A DNA stretch of 64,000 nt. It comes from Macrostomum hystrix (Eukaryota; Animalia; Platyhelminthes). The stretch is taken from contig CATNEN010000029.1 of assembly GCA_950097015.1 (NCBI GenBank), positions 6,944,001 through 7,008,000 of the forward strand, written 5' to 3'. The notes beneath the pieces were generated by a model. That model did no database searches, was not told the origin of the DNA, and saw only the letters and a list, made by a program, of their open reading frames with translations. The translations under genes were made by a program, and so were the position numbers. Of the stretch, positions 60,995 to 64,000 are shown piece after piece. Position 1 is the stretch's first letter. The number at the start of each line of letters is the position of its first letter.

Positions 60995-61760
60995 ACCTCC
61001 TCAGAGATTCCCTCCTGCTGAGATCCCTATCTCTGGGATTCCCGAAGATTCCCTCCTGCTGAGATCCCTAACTCTGGGATTCCCGGAGATTCCCTCCTGC
61101 TGAGATTCCTATCTCTGGGATTCCCGAAGATTCCCTCCTGCTGAGATCCCTAACTCTGGGATTTCCGGAGATTCCCTCCTGCTGAGATCCCTATCTCTGG
61201 GATTCCCGGAGATTCCCTCCTACGGAGACTCCCATCCCTGGGATTCCCAGAGATTCCCTCCTACGGAGACTCCCATCTCTGGGATTCCCGGAGATTCCCT
61301 CCTTCGGAGACGCGCATCCCTGGGATTCCCGGAGATTCCCTCCTACGGAGACTCCCATCCCTGGGATTCCCGGAGATTCCCTCCTGCTGAGATCCCTATC
61401 TCTCGGATTCCCGGAGATTCCCTCCTGCTGAGATCCCTATCTCTGGGATTCCCGGAGATTCCCTCCTGCTGAGATCCCTATCCCTGGTATTCCCGGAGAT
61501 TCCCTCCTGCTGAGATCCCTATCTCTGGGATTCCCGGAGATTCCCTCCTGCTGAGATCCCTATCTCTGGGATTCCCGGAGATTCCCTCCTGCTGAGATCC
61601 CTATCTCTGGGATTCCCGGAGATTCCCTCCTGCTGAGATCCCTATCTCTGGGATTCCCGGAGATTCCCACCTACGGAGACTCCCATCTCTGGGATTCCCG
61701 GAGATTCCCTCCTACGGAGAGATTCGCTTTCCCGGGTTTCCCGGATTTCCCTGGGATTCC
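60995..61760. repeat. 41-bp minisatellite downstream of TRAF
   Basis: CCGGAGATTCCCTCCTGCTGAGATCCCTATCTCTGGGATTC units. Confidence 0.95.
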
Positions 61761-62392
61761 CTTCCTAAAGTTCCCTCCGAGAGATTCCCGTCCCCGAGAT
61801 TCTCTCCTTCGCGATCCACTCTACCTGAGATTCTCACCTTTTGCAATCCCATGCAGTGGATTATGTAAAGTAACTCCCCTGACTCGTCGAGTCATGAATG
61901 CACTTTTTATCTTGGGTCGGGGTACTAAATTCAAGGTAAATAATGCTGTGAGCAATAAAAAAAAACTTCAGCTTTAATCTCTGTCAAACAGCCAATTTTC
62001 TTGATAAATTTATTTATATTTCTCTTGATTGCGAAATAGCTGGCACACTTGACAATATTTGTACTCGTACTAGTATAATTTACTGCTGTGCAAACACTCA
62101 CTACGTGAATGACTATACAAGTAGACACACACATGTGTTGCCATTAAAACAATAGTGTTAGAATTTTAATCTGTCAATTAGGGATTGCTTCTCATATTCT
62201 TCTCTCTATTTCTCTCTGTCCCTGCTACTGACACGGTGATACAAAATATTGACTAGAATATATCATATTTACTTTTCTCAATGACTGCTCATATAAGAAG
62301 AATAAATACAACTTCTCGTTAAAAAATCCTTAAATATATTTCGCATGACCTCCTTTATTTTCTTCACAAGCTAAATCGAGGCCCTTAATCTG

Positions 62393-64000
62393 CTAAAGTA
62401 AGTGAGATAGATGTACACTGTAGTAAATGAGATGCATGTACACTGTATTAAGTGAGATGGATGTACACTGCAGTAAGTGAGATAAATGTACACTGCAGTA
62501 AGTGAGATGGATGCACACTGCGGTAAGTGAGATGGATGTACACTGCAGTAAGTGAGATGTACACTGCAGTAAGTGAGATGGATGTACACTGCAGTAAGTG
62601 AGATAAGTGTACACTGCAGTAAGAGAGATATGTGTACACTGCAGTAAGTGAGATAAATGTACACTGCAGTAAGTGAGATGGATGTACACTGCAGTAAGTG
62701 AGATGGATGTACACTGCAGTAAGTGAGATGGATGTACACTGCAGTAAGTGAGATGGATGTACACTGCAGTAAGTGAGATGGATGTACACTGCAGTAAATG
62801 AGATGCATGTACACTGTATTAAGTGAGATGGATGTACACTGCAGTAAGTGAGATAAATGTACACTGCAGTAAGTGAGATGGATGTACACTGCGGTAAGTG
62901 AGATGGATGTACACTACAGTAAGTGAGATAAGTGTACACTGCAGTAAGAGAGATATGTGTACACTGCAGTAAGTGAGATAAATGTACACTGCAGTAAGTG
63001 AGATGGATGTACACTGCAGTAAGTGAGATGGATGTACACTGCAGTAAGTGAGATGGATGTACACTGCAGTAAGTGAGATGGATGTACACTGCAGTAAGTG
63101 AGATGGATGTACACTGCAGTAAATGAGATGCATGTACACTGTATTAAGTGAGATGGATGTACACTGCAGTAAGTGAGATGGATGTACACTGCAGTAAGTG
63201 AGATGGATGTACACTGCAGTAAGTGAGATGGATGTACACTGCAGTAAGTGAGATAAGTGTACACTGCAGTAAGAGAGATATGTGTACACTGCAGTAAGTG
63301 AGATAAATGTACACTGCAGTAAGTGAGATGGATGTACACTGCAGTAAGTGAGATGGATGTACACTGCAGTAAGTGAGATGGATGTACACTGCAGTAAGAG
63401 AGATATGTGTACACTGCAGTAAGTGAGATAAATGTACACTGCAGTAAGTGAGATGGATGTACACTGCAGTAAGTGAGATGGATGTACACTGCAGTAAGTG
63501 AGATGGATGCACACTGTAGTAAGTGAGATGGATGTACACTGCAGTAAGATAGATGTACACTACAGTAAGTGAGATAAGTGTACACTGCAGTAAGAGAGAT
63601 ATGTGTACACTGCAGTAAGTGAGATAAATGTACACTGCAGTAAGTGAGATGGATGTACACTGCAGTAAGTGAGATGGATGTACACTGCAGTAAGTGAGAT
63701 GGATGCACACTGTAGTAAGTGAGATGGATGTACACTGCAGTAAGATAGATGTACACTGCAGTAAGTGAGGTAAATGTACACTGTAGTAAGTGAGATGGAT
63801 GTACACTGTATTAAGTGAGATGGATGTACACTGCAGTAAGTGAGATGGATGTACACTGCAGTAAGTGAGATGGATGTACACTGCAGTAAGTGAGATAGAT
63901 GTACACTGTAGTAAGTGAGATGGATGTACACTGTATTAAGTGAGATGGATGTACACTGCAGTAAGTGAGATGGATGTACACTGCAGTAAGTGAGATGGAT
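62393..64000. repeat. 25-bp minisatellite running off the right edge
   Basis: TACACTGCAGTAAGTGAGATGGATG units. Confidence 0.97.

Noticed and set aside
59782-63931. Repetitive ORFs at 59.8-60.4 kb and 62.4-63.9 kb
   Set aside because: Same artefact; one of these arrays lies in the TRAF intron.
28163-64000. CRISPR-like arrays
   Set aside because: Units are head-to-tail without unique spacers, there are no cas genes, and the context is eukaryotic.

Overview
Eukaryotic (metazoan) genomic DNA with spliced genes and about 22 intronic or intergenic minisatellites. The style resembles the flatworm Macrostomum lignano, but that is inference only. Host genes: INTS3 (-, runs off the left edge), NUDT1/MTH1 (+), an ABHD6-like hydrolase (+, one GC-AG intron), a TBX1/10-class T-box gene (+, 5' exon not found), CK2 beta (-, one frameshift), an unnamed gene with four tandem TIR/SEFIR-like repeats (-) and, head-to-head with it, a RING-less TRAF (+). 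About 21 kb of transposons lie between the divergent INTS3 and NUDT1 starts. These are a 5.2-kb Sola2-like DNA transposon (imperfect TIRs, AGTA TSD, transposase with RG repeat and PHD), a MULE/NOF-Rehavkus-like transposase gene (25-aa repeat, Ulp1 protease, PHD; ends not found) and an 8.84-kb Ty3/Gypsy element. The Gypsy element has 736-bp LTRs with no visible differences, a TTAG TSD, a tRNA-Leu-like PBS, a GGGAAAC -1 frameshift site and an extra non-env ORF with its own promoter. There are also tRNA-derived SINE copies and a 524-bp TTAA-flanked MITE. Best leads: the Gypsy accessory ORF with an internal promoter, the four-repeat TIR-like gene paired with a TRAF, and minisatellites whose units resemble 3' splice sites or transcription-factor motifs. 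Several single-base frameshifts suggest indel errors or a decaying duplicate. All calls were made by eye, without database searches.
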